Source: Octopus vulgaris (Eukaryota). Taken from it: DNA of 64,000 nt. Below the pieces are notes generated by a model. It worked only from the letters and a program-made list of their open reading frames with translations, searched no databases and had not been told where the DNA came from. Of this stretch, positions 1 through 12,204 are shown piece after piece. The position numbers and the translations under genes were made by a program. The DNA is taken from positions 6,386,001 through 6,450,000 of the forward strand of contig OX597834.1 in NCBI GenBank assembly GCA_951406725.2, read 5' to 3'. Numbering within the stretch: the stretch's first letter is position 1; each line of letters starts with the position of its first letter.

Positions 1-264
1 TGCTGAAGCATGGAACAAACTGCCGGCATCAGTTGTTATTTGTCGGAGCACTGCATCCTTCAAAACTTCCATGCTTCCTGGGATTCGCCAACACTACACT
101 TGATTTTCTCCCCTCTGTACACACACAAGCATGTATCTGACTCATACATTGTTCGCTTTCCACACATTTCTACATTACTGCATATGCTTTATATGCACTT
201 TTCACAAGTTGTGGTGCACCTGAGCACTGTATACAATAATTTCATTATTATATTATTATTATTA
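1..264 (+). mobile_element. 3' end of CR1/L2-type LINE (ORF2 C-terminus, 3' UTR, (ATT)n tail)
   Basis: Frame 2 reads AEAWNKLPASVVICRSTASFKTSMLPGIRQHYT*, with the WNxLP motif of CR1-group ORF2 ends. Near-identical to the reverse copy at 37498-37965. Confidence 0.85.
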
Positions 265-486
265 ATTTTCCCCTTTCACCTCACCTTCAACCACTTCTCC
301 TCCTCATCCCACTCCTTTTCCTTTTGCTTCTCTCACCTATGTTAAATGGAGCAACTTAAGGGCTGGCATGAAGAAGGCTACCCACCCATGAAACACTGCC
401 TCAAAATGCTCTTTTTGACATTTGCCCACATGAAAAAGAAGGGATAAAAACTGATTATGATGACATTGTTTAAGCTGTTGTTATTG

Positions 487-1188
487 TTGTTGATGATGAC
501 GATGATGACGACGACGACGATGGTGATGATGACACTGATGATGATGATGATGATGATGACGACAATGACGATGGTGATGCTGACGATGATGATGATGATG
601 ATGACGACAACGACGATGGTGATGCTGACACTGATGATGACGATGATGATGACAATGACGATGGTGATGCTGACACTGATGATGATGATGATGATGATGA
701 TGACGACGATGGTGATGATGACACTGATGATGATGATGATGATGATGACGATGATGGTGATGCTGACACTGATGATGACGACGATGATGATGATGATGAC
801 GGCAATAACGATGGTGATGCTGACACTGATGATGATGATGATGATGACAATGACGATGGTGATGCTGACACTGATGATGATGATGATGATGACGATGATG
901 GTGATGCTGACACTGATGATGATGATGATGATGACGATGACGACGATCGTGATGCTGACACTGATGATGATGATGATGATGATGATGACGACGACGGTGA
1001 TGATGATACTGATGATGATGACGACGACGGTGATGATGATACTGATGATGATGATGATGACGACAACGACGATGGTGATGCTGACACTGATGATGATGAT
1101 GACGACAATGACGATGGTGATGCTGACACTGATGATGATGATGACGATGACGACTACGATGACGATGGTGATGATGACACTGATGATG
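487..1188. repeat. (GAT)n-based compound minisatellite
   Basis: Recurring unit gacgatggtgatgctgacact(gat)n. It generates the poly-M/I/H/S pseudo-ORFs. Confidence 0.95.
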
Positions 1189-2280
1189 AGAGCAGGTCTG
1201 CAATGTTTATACATTTCTAAAATTAAAGATTTATCATTTTTTTTTTGTTCTTCTGTATTGGAAGTTTGCCTCTGGTTACAAATAAGTTACCATTACATAG
1301 AACTTGGAAAAACTTTTAAAAACATTTCTGAGTGTGCAATGTTGTTTTGAGAATTCCTATCACATTAATTTTGGAAATATGCCAGTCCAACTATCACTAA
1401 CCTAGCTATCAGTTATTAAAACAAAGAAGTTATTTTAGTAAGTGTATGTTAAATATGCTTTTCAACATATTAATATTCAATAGCATTTACATATTTCACC
1501 TCAGTTGCATTCTATAACAGAACTTTTAGTTGAAAAAATACATAATTCAGTAAAATATTCAACTCATAAATAATAGATGAACTCTTTAATAATTTAATTA
1601 ATACTCTTACGTATACATATGTGCGTGTATGAGAATTTGTGAATAACGTATGTGCATATGTGTATATTGGTAGTATGTGTTTGTGTGTGAATGTGTGTAA
1701 GTGTGTGTCTATAAATATATATATATATAAGGATTTTGCTAGAAAATAATTTCATTGCTAAATTTGATAGAAATCTTTCTATTTGGTGATCAAGTACTGG
1801 CAATGAGATATGCATTAAGCAATATTTCACTGAGGGAAGATTCTACTGATATGATCTGCTCCATAAATAATGCAAAACTGGAAGAATAGAATTTGATTAT
1901 TCAATTCGAAAATCTTTTAGTTCAAAGATTTCATCTATCTCCATTAAAACTTTTGGCTGTTATACATACATATATACACATATATATATATATTCTGATA
2001 ATTAAATATTTGCTTTGTGAGAATTTTATGTAGCTTTGTCTTCCGAGGAGTTTTTCTTCTTGCGTTTTAGTCTAGTTTTAAACTCTTGCCATAAAACAAG
2101 GATTAGTTAAAAGTTATTAATTGCGCGTTGACTTCCTACCAGGCATTAAATTCCTATGGAGCTATGACGGCAAATATATTTTATAATCATACCCAATTTT
2201 TATGATGCATTTCTAAATTGGCATCGAACATAAACATGATTCAAAGCGGCAGCACTGCATGGCAGGGAGGCTGTGTGTTT

Positions 2281-2690
2281 TACTCTCTTTCTCTCTTTCT
2301 CTCTTTTACTTGTTTCAGTCATTTGACTGCGGCCATGCTGGAGCACCGCCTTTAGTCGAGCAAATCGACCCCGGGACTTATTCTTTGTAAGCCCAGTACT
2401 TATTCTATCGGTCTCTTTTGCTGAACCGCTAAGTGACGGGGACGTAAACACACCAGCATCGGTTGTCAAGCAATGCTAGGGGGACAAACACAGGCACACA
2501 CATACATATATATATACATATATATACGACAGGCTTCTTTCAGTTTCCGTCTACCAAATCCACTCACGAGGCATTGGTCGGCCCGGGGCTATAGCAGAAG
2601 ACACTTGCCCAAGATGCCACGCAGTGGGACTGAACCCGGAACCATGTGGTTGGTTAGCAAGCTACTTACCACACAGCCACTCCTGCGCCT
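2281..2690 (-). mobile_element. SINE-A, full-length tRNA-derived SINE
   Basis: Minus-strand head GGCGCAGGAGTGGCTGTGTGGTAAG (A box) ... GGTTCAGTCCC (B box), internal (TA)/(TG) tract, tail ...GACTGAAACAAGTAAAAGAG. About 20 copies in the window. Confidence 0.9.
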
Positions 2691-3081
2691 ATGTACTATG
2701 TACGAATAGTATAAGTTTCTAAAAATGTTATCATAACTGACTTCAATTGCTTTGTTTTCACTTTACTGCTTGTCTTGCTAATAAAATTTCTGGAATAAAC
2801 AATTGGAAATAAAAATTGCGATGATGAAACCATGTTTAATTCTTAGTGGCTGCTTACGTGCTTATAAGAAATGGTAGAGTTTGTGTTGGCTGCAAATGGC
2901 ATAAAAAAGACATTAATGAAACAAGAAGTATAATAAAAAAAAGAATATGAACTTTTCTGTTTGGTTAAAGAGGACTAAGAATATAAAGATATTTCTGTCA
3001 GACAATATAGAACAGTGATAAATTATACTCTCTTGCTTACATACAGAAACACTCACAGAAACACACACAATCACATGCACA

Positions 3082-3124
<43 letters not shown>

Positions 3125-3431
3125 CATTCAGTGCTTTACCATTTCTTTTTCTAGTTATATACCTCTCTACTTACGCATATCAGTTTACATATCTCTCTTC
3201 TTTTTCTATGTATGTATATATATGTATGTCTGTGAGTGTATATATATATATATATATATACAGACCACACACACACATTAATAAATATAAATGAAGTCAA
3301 ACCAATAATGACATCTTGAATGCATTTAACATGTACGTTTCAGATAATTACATAATAGATAAATGGGGAATTACATCATTTAGGTGTATGTATATGTATG
3401 TATGTATATATATATATATATATATATATAC

Positions 3432-3660
3432 AATCAAAATAAGCAACAAGTATATCCAAGGTAATGTGGTACAATCGTTTCATGCTACTTCATTTTATTA
3501 TTCATGAAGTAGCATGAAACAATTGTACCACATTACCTCAGATATACTTGTTGCTTATTTTGATTATAATTACCCCATGGATTTATATGGATAATACCAT
3601 ACTGAATTCTGGTGCCTTTGACTTAAGTACCCTATTCATCTGAATCTAAATTTTGTTGAA

Positions 3661-3663
<3 letters not shown>
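3432..3663 (+). mobile_element. Penelope-like fold-back fragment (inverted arm + tail) in (TA)n
   Basis: 62-bp inverted arms 3432-3493 / 3504-3565, then a ~100-bp unique tail. Contains a hammerhead 3' half TGAAA-CAATTG-TA. Confidence 0.65.

Positions 3664-3728
<65 letters not shown>
3664..3728. repeat. (TA)n microsatellite
   Basis: Perfect TA run. Confidence 0.98.
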
Positions 3729-3732
<4 letters not shown>

Positions 3733-4830
3733 GTGCTATCAAAAGATTTCCTAACTAATCATGTTTAATACAAAATAACTTATATAGCTAAGTTTTTACA
3801 TCACTCCCATTGAAATAGTCACCTTGCACAACAATACACTGGTTCCAGTATTTCTGCCACTTTTGGAATCCGGCCTGGAAGTCGTTTTCTGTAAGCAAGT
3901 TGAGAACCTTCTGTGATTCATTCTGGACCTCAACAAAGCTGTTAAAACGGTGAGCTTTGAACTGCATTTTCATGTTGGGAGAGAGATGGAAGTCCGTAGG
4001 TGCTAGATTTGGTGAATATAGATTTGGTGCAGAAGTGATGCTTTGTTGCTATGGTGAGAAACTCACAAATGAGGAGAGCTTGGTGAAGAATCCAATTCTT
4101 TGCACTCCACAGATCCGGTCACTTTCACCAAATGTCCTCCCTCAAATGCTTTAAAAAATTTAACAAGACAGTCAGTCACCGGCTGATTCTCGCTGACAAT
4201 ACATCGAAGAGGCCAGGGAACAGAAGAAAGAAGAAGAAAGAAGACATGCACCCAACACCAGAGCTGAAGACACCTCCGAAAGGGGGGGCCCCACCATGTC
4301 AAAACGGTAGAGGAGTAGGGGCCGAAACCGGACGTGGTTCCTCCTGATGATGTCTTGAGCTAACTGGATCCTATAAAGGAGCTGTTGTGGTAGCAGACCA
4401 CGAAACGCGATTGTAATTCCTTCCTATGACACAGTAGAACTCTTGCTTGCCAGTCTGGCCTGGGGTGGGCAGGGGAAGAATTCTCAATGCACAATCCCAC
4501 ATTTCCGGGGTTGATGCTAGTGGCAGGTCTTCCAGATTGCTCATCATCTTCCAGGGATGTTCTTCTGTTTTTGAAGCACTGGTGCATACCGGTGCTCAAT
4601 ATCTCTGTAGCATACTTCCCAAGTTTAACACAAAATTTTACGTTGGTTCTTTGTGTCTATGACAAAAATCATAGACTTCAGTCTACACATGGTCACAAAA
4701 ACACTAATTTCACAACTTGTACAGTAAACACAATGATGTCACTCAACACACTGCCCCATGAAGGCCACTGCTAGCTCTCACTGGGTGAATGCAACTGGGC
4801 GCTACTACATGTGTTGAGTGCTTTTTCCAT
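3727..4830 (-). mobile_element. Decayed mariner-family transposon (transposase pseudogene)
   Basis: Minus-strand fragments QRTNVKFCVKLGKYATE, FKNRRTSLEDDEQSGRPATS, YSPNLAPTDFHL and WNQCIVVQGDYF match the mariner HTH, YSPDLAPxD and C-terminal motifs. Stops and deletions present. Interrupted at about 4161-4420. Confidence 0.88.
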
Positions 4831-4879
4831 TCATTTGTCCACTTGCTCAAATATGCAAATTCATATATATATATATCTC

Positions 4880-5288
4880 TCTTTCTCTCTTTTACTTGTT
4901 TCAGTCATTTAACTGCGGCCATGCTGGAGCACCACCTTCTAGTCGTGTAAATCGACCCCAGGACTTATTCTTTGTAAGCCTAGTACTTATTCTATCAGTC
5001 TCTTTTGCTGAAACGCTAAGTGACGGGGACGTAAACACACCAGCATCGGTTGTCAAGCGATGGTAGGGGGACAAACACAGACACACAAACATATACACAC
5101 ATACATATATACATATACATATATACGATGGGCTTCTTTCAGTTTCCATCTACCAAATCCACTCACAAGTGTTTGGTCGGCCCAAGGCTATAGTAAAAGG
5201 CACTTGCCCAAGGTGCCACGCAGTGGGAATGAACCCGGAACCATATGGATGGTAAGCAAGCTACTTACCACACAGCCACTCCTGCGCC

Positions 5289-5289
<1 letters not shown>
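4880..5289 (-). mobile_element. SINE-A
   Basis: Full-length match to 2281-2690. Confidence 0.9.
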
Positions 5290-5330
<41 letters not shown>

Positions 5331-5758
5331 CAGGTGGCAAGTAAAGAAACATCGTTTCAATCCTGTGCTTGAGGAGACCTATTGAGTCAAGTACATCAAC
5401 ATCAAAAATCAATGGAAATTGTAGTGCTGATTCCTGTGCCGGTGGCATGTCAAAAGCACCATCTCAACATGGCCAATGCCAGCGCTACCTTGACTGGCTT
5501 CTGTGCCGGTGGAACGTAAAAAGTACCAATCGATCGGGGCCGTTGCCAGCCTCACCTGGCACCTGTGCTGGTGGCACATAAAAAGCACCCGCAACACTCA
5601 CAGAGTGGTTGTCATTAGACAGGGCATCCAGCTGTAGAAACACTGCCAGATCAGACTGGAGCCTGGTGCAGCCTCTTGGCTTCCCAGACCCCAGTCGAAC
5701 TGTCCAACCCATGCTAGCATGGAAAATGGACGTTAAACAATGATGATGATGATGATGA
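5331..5758 (+). mobile_element. 5'-truncated RTE LINE 3' UTR with (GAT)n tail
   Basis: Ends ...ccaacccatgctagcatggaaaatggacgttaaacaatgatgatg, matching the UTR that follows the RTE ORF end at 24993-25891. Confidence 0.8.
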
Positions 5759-5773
5759 TATATATATACAGAT

Positions 5774-6205
5774 AGGTGCAGAAGTGGCTGTGTGGTAAGT
5801 AGCTTGCTTACCAACCACATGGTTCTGGGTTCAGTCCCACTGTGCGGCACCTTGGGCGAGTGTCTTCTACTATAGCCTCGGGCTGACTAAAGCCTTGTAA
5901 GTAGATTTGGTAGATGGAAACTGAAAGAAGCCCATTGTATATATGTATATATATGTGTATGTGTGTGTGTGTGTGTGTGTGTGTTGTGTGTCTGTGTTTG
6001 TTTCCCCCAACATTGCTTGACAACTGATGCTGGTGTGTTTACATCCCTGTAACTTAGCGGTTCAGCAAAAGAGACTGATAGAATAAGCACTAGGCTTACA
6101 AAGAATAAGTCCTGGGGTCAATTTGCTTGACTAAAGGCGCTGCTCCAGCATGGCCACATTCAAATGACTGAAACAAGTAAAAGAAAAAGAAAAAGAAAGA
6201 GAAAG
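5774..6205 (+). mobile_element. SINE-A
   Basis: Head ggtgcagaagtggctgtgtgg through tail aaacaagtaaaag. Confidence 0.9.
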
Positions 6206-6395
6206 ATAAGTAATTATTTAAGTATTGGGTATGTACCTAGTAGGAAACTGATGAAGCACATTTGCTGCATATGGCTACCTGGTGTCATCCACAGTATTTT
6301 ATATAATTGTCACTGGATCTACTTCAGGAATTTCTCTGTTTGTTGAATATATAACAAATGATAGAGACAGAAAATGGAATATATGAGAAACTTTA

Positions 6396-6752
6396 TTACT
6401 CTTTTACTTGTTTCAGTTATTTGACTGTGGCCATGCTGGAGCACCACCTTTTAGTACTTATTCTATCGGTCTCTTTTTGCCGAACCGCTAAGTGACGGGG
6501 ACCTAAACACACCAGCATCGGTTGTCAAGCAATGCTAGGGGGACAAACACAGACACACAAACACACGCATACATATATATACATATATACGACAGGCTTC
6601 TTTCAGTTTCCGTCTACCAAATCCACTCACAAGGCATTGGTCGGCCCGGGGCTATAGCAGAAGACACTTGCCCAAGATGCCACGCAGTGGGACTGAACCA
6701 CAACCGTGTGGTTGGTTAGCAAGCTACTTACCACACAGCCACTCCTGCGCCT
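6396..6752 (-). mobile_element. SINE-A inserted at the tail of another SINE-A
   Basis: Flanked by the direct repeat atatgagaaacttta at 6381 and 6753. Confidence 0.88.
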
Positions 6753-6767
6753 ATATGAGAAACTTTA

Positions 6768-7411
6768 TTACTCTTTTACTTGTTTCAGTCATTTGACTGT
6801 GGCCATGCTGGAGCACCGACTTTAGTCGAGCAAATCGACCCCAGGACTTATTCTTTGTAAGCCTAGTACTTATTCTATCAGTCTATTTTGCCGAACCGCT
6901 AAGTGACGGGGACATAAACACTCCAGCATCGGTTGTCAGACAATGTTTGGGGGACAAACACAGACACACAAACACACACACACACACATATATATATATT
7001 TCTTTACTGCCCACAAGGGGCTGAACATAGAAGGGACAAACAAGGACAGACAAAGGGATTAAGTCGATTATATCGACCCCAGTGCGTAACTGATACTTAA
7101 TTTATCGACCCCAAAAGGATGAAAGGCAAAGTCGACCTCAGTGGAATTTGAACTCAGAACGTAACGACAGACGAAATATTGTTAAGCATTTCGCTCAGCG
7201 CGCTAACGTGTCTGCCAGCTCACTGCCTTAACATATATATACATATATACGACGGGCTTCTTTCAGTTTCCATCTACCAAATCCACTCACAAGGCTTTGG
7301 TCGGCTCGAGGCTATAGTAGAAGACACTTACCCAAGGTGCCATGCAGTGGGAATGAACCCAGAACCATGTGGTTGGTAAGCAAGCTACTTACGACACAGC
7401 CACTCCTGCAC

Positions 7412-7412
<1 letters not shown>
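6768..7412 (-). mobile_element. SINE-A interrupted by SINE-B
   Basis: Tail half 6768-6996 and head half 7231-7412. Confidence 0.85.
6997..7227 (-). mobile_element. SINE-B monomer (tRNA-like head, central domain GCCTTTCATCCTTTCGGGGTCGATAAATTAAGTACCAG)
   Basis: A-box-like TGGCAGA, B-box GAGTTCAAATTC, tail ...CCCTTGTGGGCAGTAAAGAAATA. The central domain resembles the Meta/MESC SINE domain (from recall, not verified). Confidence 0.85.
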
Positions 7413-7443
<31 letters not shown>

Positions 7444-7814
7444 TCATCTGCATATTATGTGTAAGTGTAGCTTCATTTTTTACTCTCTTATAAACACACA
7501 CACCATGCATGCATATATGCACACCACACACACACATGCACATGTACACCACATATGCACCGATACACCAACGACATCTATTATGAGTTTGTTCATCAGT
7601 AAGTCTTCTTTTAATGATGCTACCGACTGAATATTACTGCAAAGTTGAATACTTACATGTGAATTCTTAAAAGGAAATATTTTCTAGCCATTAAAAATGA
7701 CTATGATAATACTAACCACTAAAACATAATGAGAATAAAATAATGTTCTCCATGACGTCTGCCAAGAGCCTCAACATAGTTGATGGAGCAGCTAGAAATA
7801 GCAACCAAATAACC

Positions 7815-8248
7815 CACATATTTGGAAGGGAAAGGAAGGCTTGTTTTTCCTGCGTAGTAGCCATACTGAAAGAAACAGTATGGAAGACGCATATGAAAGG
7901 TACCTTTGTATCCAGCCAGGGGTTGGTTAACTTTTTTAGTTACCACCTTGGTAGTAAGTTCAGGCTGGAGAAGAGGTGTCTGTCACGAGATATGTTTGTG
8001 AAAAGATGGAAGTCTGTAGTGTGCAAGCTGGGTATATCTGGCACCAGGTAAGTGTGGCCGGATCAAAAAGTAAAGGTTCTACCCAGATGGCTGGGATCCG
8101 TGCCCTACTGTATAATACCAAATTTTTAAAACTTTATATTGTAAATATTATATATATTTTATTGTAATCACCACCGTTTTAAGCTACTACATCCTATATG
8201 TTTGTCTGTATTTGTATGTCCCCTCTATGTAACGCCTTAATGGTGAAT
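7815..8248 (+). mobile_element. L1/Tx1-type LINE 3' fragment (ORF2 C-terminus + 3' UTR)
   Basis: FGRERKACFSCVVAILKETVWKT...LVNFFSYHLGSKFRLEKRCLSRDMFVKRW resembles the AKxxIWxxR...FxxRW C-terminus of L1/Tx1 ORF2. Confidence 0.6.
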
Positions 8249-8261
8249 TTTCATGAAATAA

Positions 8262-8654
8262 AGTAGCTTCCTAACCAACCACATGGCTCCGGGTTCAGTC
8301 CCACTGCGTGGCATCTTGGGCAAGTGTCTTCTGCTATAGCCCCGGGCCGACCAATGCCTTGTGAGTGGATTTGGTAGACGGAAACTGAGAGAAGCCTGTC
8401 GTATATATGTATATATATATATATGTATATATATGTGTGTGTGTGTGTTTGTGTGTTTGTGTTTGTCCCCTAGCATTGCTTGACAACCGATGCTGGTGTG
8501 TTTACGTCCCCGTCACTTAGCGGTTCAGCAAAAGAGACCGATAGAATAAGTACTGGGCTTACAAAGAATAAGTCCCGGGATTGATTTGCTCGACTAAAGG
8601 CGGTGCTCCAGCATGGCCGCAGTCAAATGACTGAAACAAGTAAAAGAGTAAAAG
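8262..8654 (+). mobile_element. SINE-A (slightly 5'-truncated)
   Basis: Match to the family. Confidence 0.9.
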
Positions 8655-8699
8655 CGTATATCAGATCATCTCATGTTAAAAATGGAAGGATGACATCTC

Positions 8700-8960
8700 T
8701 GGGACCACTAACCTGGTATGAACCCACCCCTATCAAGCGAGGGCATGAAGCAAGCAAACAAACATGGGGTCATCCCAGGCTGGTAGTCCCAGGGATGTCA
8801 TCATGCATAGAGCTGACCAGGTTCACCAGGGCTCTCCACCTTTGGCAGTCCCATGCCACCTTCTCTGCATCCTCCAAGGTGATGTCGAGCTTCTGGAAAT
8901 CTTCCCCCAATCACGTCCTACCGTGAAGCCTCCTCCAGCCTCCAGCTGCTGTGTTCAATG
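8700..8960 (-). mobile_element. RTE-clade LINE 3' fragment
   Basis: Minus frame IGEDFQKLDITLEDAEKVAWDCQRWRALVNLV, the AxDRxxWR C-terminal motif of RTE ORFs. Confidence 0.65.
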
Positions 8961-9576
8961 AGAGTGAAACCTTTGTAGAATGATTTAGTGGTAGATGGAG
9001 GACATATATATGCCAGTGCATGCGACAAATAACTATGACATAGGGGGTGGGGCTAATGGGTGATTTGTGTACACATGCAGTTCTTCGTTGGAAATGTAAC
9101 GGTACATAAGAAAATGTAACCGAAAATATATTGTGCCTGTAATATAAAAAAACCAGATGATAACGGATAGGAGTGCATTAGAATGCAATTTCAGATGTGA
9201 GCACCAAGTTTGCTAGAAAAAACAGCCCATATTTTATTCCAATCATACTTGAAATAAAAAAAAAACATATAGGATATTTAAAACAAATGGAATGAGCATT
9301 GCTTGGATGTAACAAAAATGAATAACATACGTACATGCATACATACATTTGTAAATACATAAAATCAAGATCAAAATCGATCATCATTGCATGTAGCCAC
9401 ATGCAGCCAGACACTTTTAAGCCTGCCCATCAATGATGCAATACCTGCCTCTCTACGTTAGCAATACTGCACCTGTCACTTGACATGAGTCACAATACCA
9501 CATAACTGGAACTTCTGTTGCACATCTTCCAAACTCATCTTATGTTGCATCATCTGCAAGCTTTACAGTGCTCTCT

Positions 9577-9653
9577 CATCATCATCATTGTTTGACCGTG
9601 GTCGAGACAATAGAATTTACTATGTTACGCCAGACTTCACGGTCCATCATAGC
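9577..9653 (-). mobile_element. Very short RTE 3' end
   Basis: Same 3' terminus and (GAT)n tail as 13095-13170. Confidence 0.8.
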
Positions 9654-9669
9654 CTACTCAGGACATCAA

Positions 9670-9915
9670 CATCCAAGTGGCTGAGTACTCCACAGACACA
9701 TAATGCCCTTAACGTTGTTCACAGGGAGATTCAGCATAACATAGAATACGACAAAGGTGATCCTTTGAAATACAGGTACTACTCGTTTTTGCCAGCTGAC
9801 TGGACTGGAACAATGTGAAATAAAGTGTCTTGTCCAAGGATACAATGCGTGTCCAGGAATTGAACTCACGGCCTCACAATCGTAAACTGAATACATTAAC
9901 CACTAAACCCCCATG
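9670..9915 (-). mobile_element. SINE-D (head with cttgagcaagacactttatttcac core) carrying tail T1
   Basis: Head and core match 58620-58770. Tail matches the SINE-C tail at 39640-39750. Confidence 0.7.
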
Positions 9916-9950
9916 CCAAGCAACATACCTACCACATACACTTATGTATA

Positions 9951-10242
9951 CATAAATTAAGTACCAGTTACACACTGAGGTCGATGTAATCGACTTAATC
10001 CATTTGTCTGTCCTTATTTGTCCCCTCTGTGTTTAGCCCCTTGTGGGTAGTAAAGAAATAGTATTTCGTCTGCCGCTACGTTCTAAGTTCAAATCCCGCC
10101 GAGATCGACTTTGCCTTTCATCCTTTCGGGGTCTATAAATTAAGTACCAGTTACGCACTGGGGTTGATGTAATCATCTTAATTCGTTTGTCTGTACTTGT
10201 TTGTCCCCTCTGTGTTTAGCCCCTTGTGGGTAGTATAGAAAT
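9951..10242 (+). mobile_element. SINE-B 5'-truncated dimer
   Basis: Two units joined at aaagaaata|gtatttcg. Confidence 0.85.
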
Positions 10243-10915
10243 ATATATCAATATGAAGGGAACTTCTTGCTTTTTCTTTCTTCACCAATATTTCCTTCAC
10301 ACACTCTCCTTACTTGCTCATTCTTTACTAGTATCTCTTAGTCACCCTCCTTTACTCCCTCTCTCTCTCTCTTTCTCTCTAGTATTTCTCAGTGTCTCTC
10401 TCTGTCTCTATCTAAATCTAACATCACAATATATCAACCAATTCTATCTATAAACAAAAGCGTTGTCTGGAAGAGAACAAAGTGTAGCAAAATTATTTTA
10501 AAGAGTCTTGCTTAACCATTGATTCAGCGTTATCATTGTAAATTGTTCACGTTTCAGTTGGGGTGGGGGGAGGAGACGGATGTGTTGGAAGTGGAAATAT
10601 TGTAGAATTTGTTATTTTAGATTGGCCGATTAAATTATTAAAATTTACATATGTTACTATTAATAAAGCGGGTGGAGTAAATTGTCTTGGGAAATAAAGC
10701 CATACTAGTTGGACTGGCGTTAACAAAGCTTCCTTTTATCATGCTAATAGGTTTTGATTAGTGTTCATGTATGTATGTATGCATGTATGGATGTGAGGCC
10801 CTGACAGTGATGTATGTGTGTGTGAGTGTGTGTGTGTGTATGCGCATGCGTGTGTGCGTATGTGTGACAATGGTCACTTATCAGTATTTGAACATATGTA
10901 CGCATACTAACATTG

Positions 10916-10960
<45 letters not shown>

Positions 10961-11064
10961 CACGCACACATACAAACCAATGTTTGTATGCGTACATATG
11001 TACGCATACTGATAAGAGAACATTTTCACACGCACAAACACACACATGCACACACACACATATA

Positions 11065-12100
11065 GGGATGCAGATATGGTTGTGTGGTAGGTAGTTTGCT
11101 TCCCAACTGCATGGGTCCAGGTTCAGTCCTATGGCATGGCACCTTGAGCAAGTGTCTTCTACTATAGCCTTGAGCCATCCAAGGCGTTGTGAGTGGGTTT
11201 GGTAGATGGAAAATGAAAGAAGCCCATCATATAAGTGTGTGTGTGCGTCAGTGTGTCCGTTTGTCCTCTACCATCACAACCACCACCACCACCACCACCA
11301 CCACCTGACAAGTAGTGTGTTTACAGACCCCATAGCTTAATGGTTTGGCAAAAAGGCAGCGAGCTGGCAGAATCGTTAGCATGCCGGGTGAAATGCTGAG
11401 CAGTATTTCGTCTGCTGCTACGTTCTGAGTTCAAATTCCGCCAAGGTCGACTTTGCCTTTCATCCTTTCGGGGTCGATTAAATAAGTACCTATTTCTTTA
11501 TTACCCACAAGGGGCTAAACACAGAGGGGACAAACAAGGACAGACATAGGTATTAAGTCGATTACATCGACCCCAGTGCGTAACTGGTACTTGATTTATC
11601 GACCCCGAAAGGATGAAAGGCAAAGTCGACCTCGGCGGAATTTGAACTCACAACGTAACGCAGATGAAATACTGCTAAGCATTTCACCCGGCGTGCTAAC
11701 GTTTCTGCCAGCTCGCCGCCTACAATTAAATAAGTACCAGTTATGCACTGGGGTCGATGTAATCGACTTAATCCGTTTGTCTGTCCTTGTTTGTCCTCTC
11801 TGTGGTAGTAAAGAAATAGGTATTTCATCTGCCGCTACGTTCCAAGTTCAAATTCCGCTGAGGTCGACTTTGCCTTTCATCCTTTTAGGGTCGATTAAAT
11901 AAGTACCAGTTATGCGCTGGGGTCGATGTAATCGACTTAATCCGTTTGCCTGTCCTTGTTTGACCCCGCTGTGTTTTGCCCCTTGTGGGTAGTAAAGAAA
12001 TAGGTTTGGCAAAAGATCAAAAAATACTGACAGGATAGGTACCAAGCCATAAAAAGCAAAAATTCCTTGGGTCAGGTCCTTCCACTAAAATTCTTCAAGG
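11065..12100 (+). mobile_element. Nested stack: old SINE-A < SINE-B dimer (11354-12002) < inverted SINE-B monomer (11491-11720)
   Basis: TSD ggtttggcaaaa at 11342-11353 / 12003-12014. TSD attaaataagtacc at 11477-11490 / 11725-11738. Confidence 0.85.
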
Positions 12101-12204
12101 CAGACTAGATAGATGTGTACCCTGTTGTTGATTTCTATCAGACCAATCTACCCTGACTTCTCAAACTTTTAAAATCTTTTTGAGCTTCTTGAATCATTTG
12201 TATA

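Noticed and set aside
378-1350. Long ORFs (poly-I/V, M/T, S, H) on both strands
   Set aside because: Translations of a stop-free (GAT)n minisatellite. No splice or domain evidence.
2473-2709. Recurring small ORF family (RQASFSFRLPNPLTRHWSARGYS...)
   Set aside because: Incidental frame of SINE-A, with variable starts and frameshifts between copies.
2818-2900. C/D snoRNA (ATGATGA box)
   Set aside because: No downstream CTGA D box or terminal stem.
7743-8053. Host exon ending at CAG|GTAAGT
   Set aside because: The peptide resembles a LINE ORF2 C-terminus and is followed by a LINE-like 3' UTR. Exonisation cannot be excluded without RNA data.
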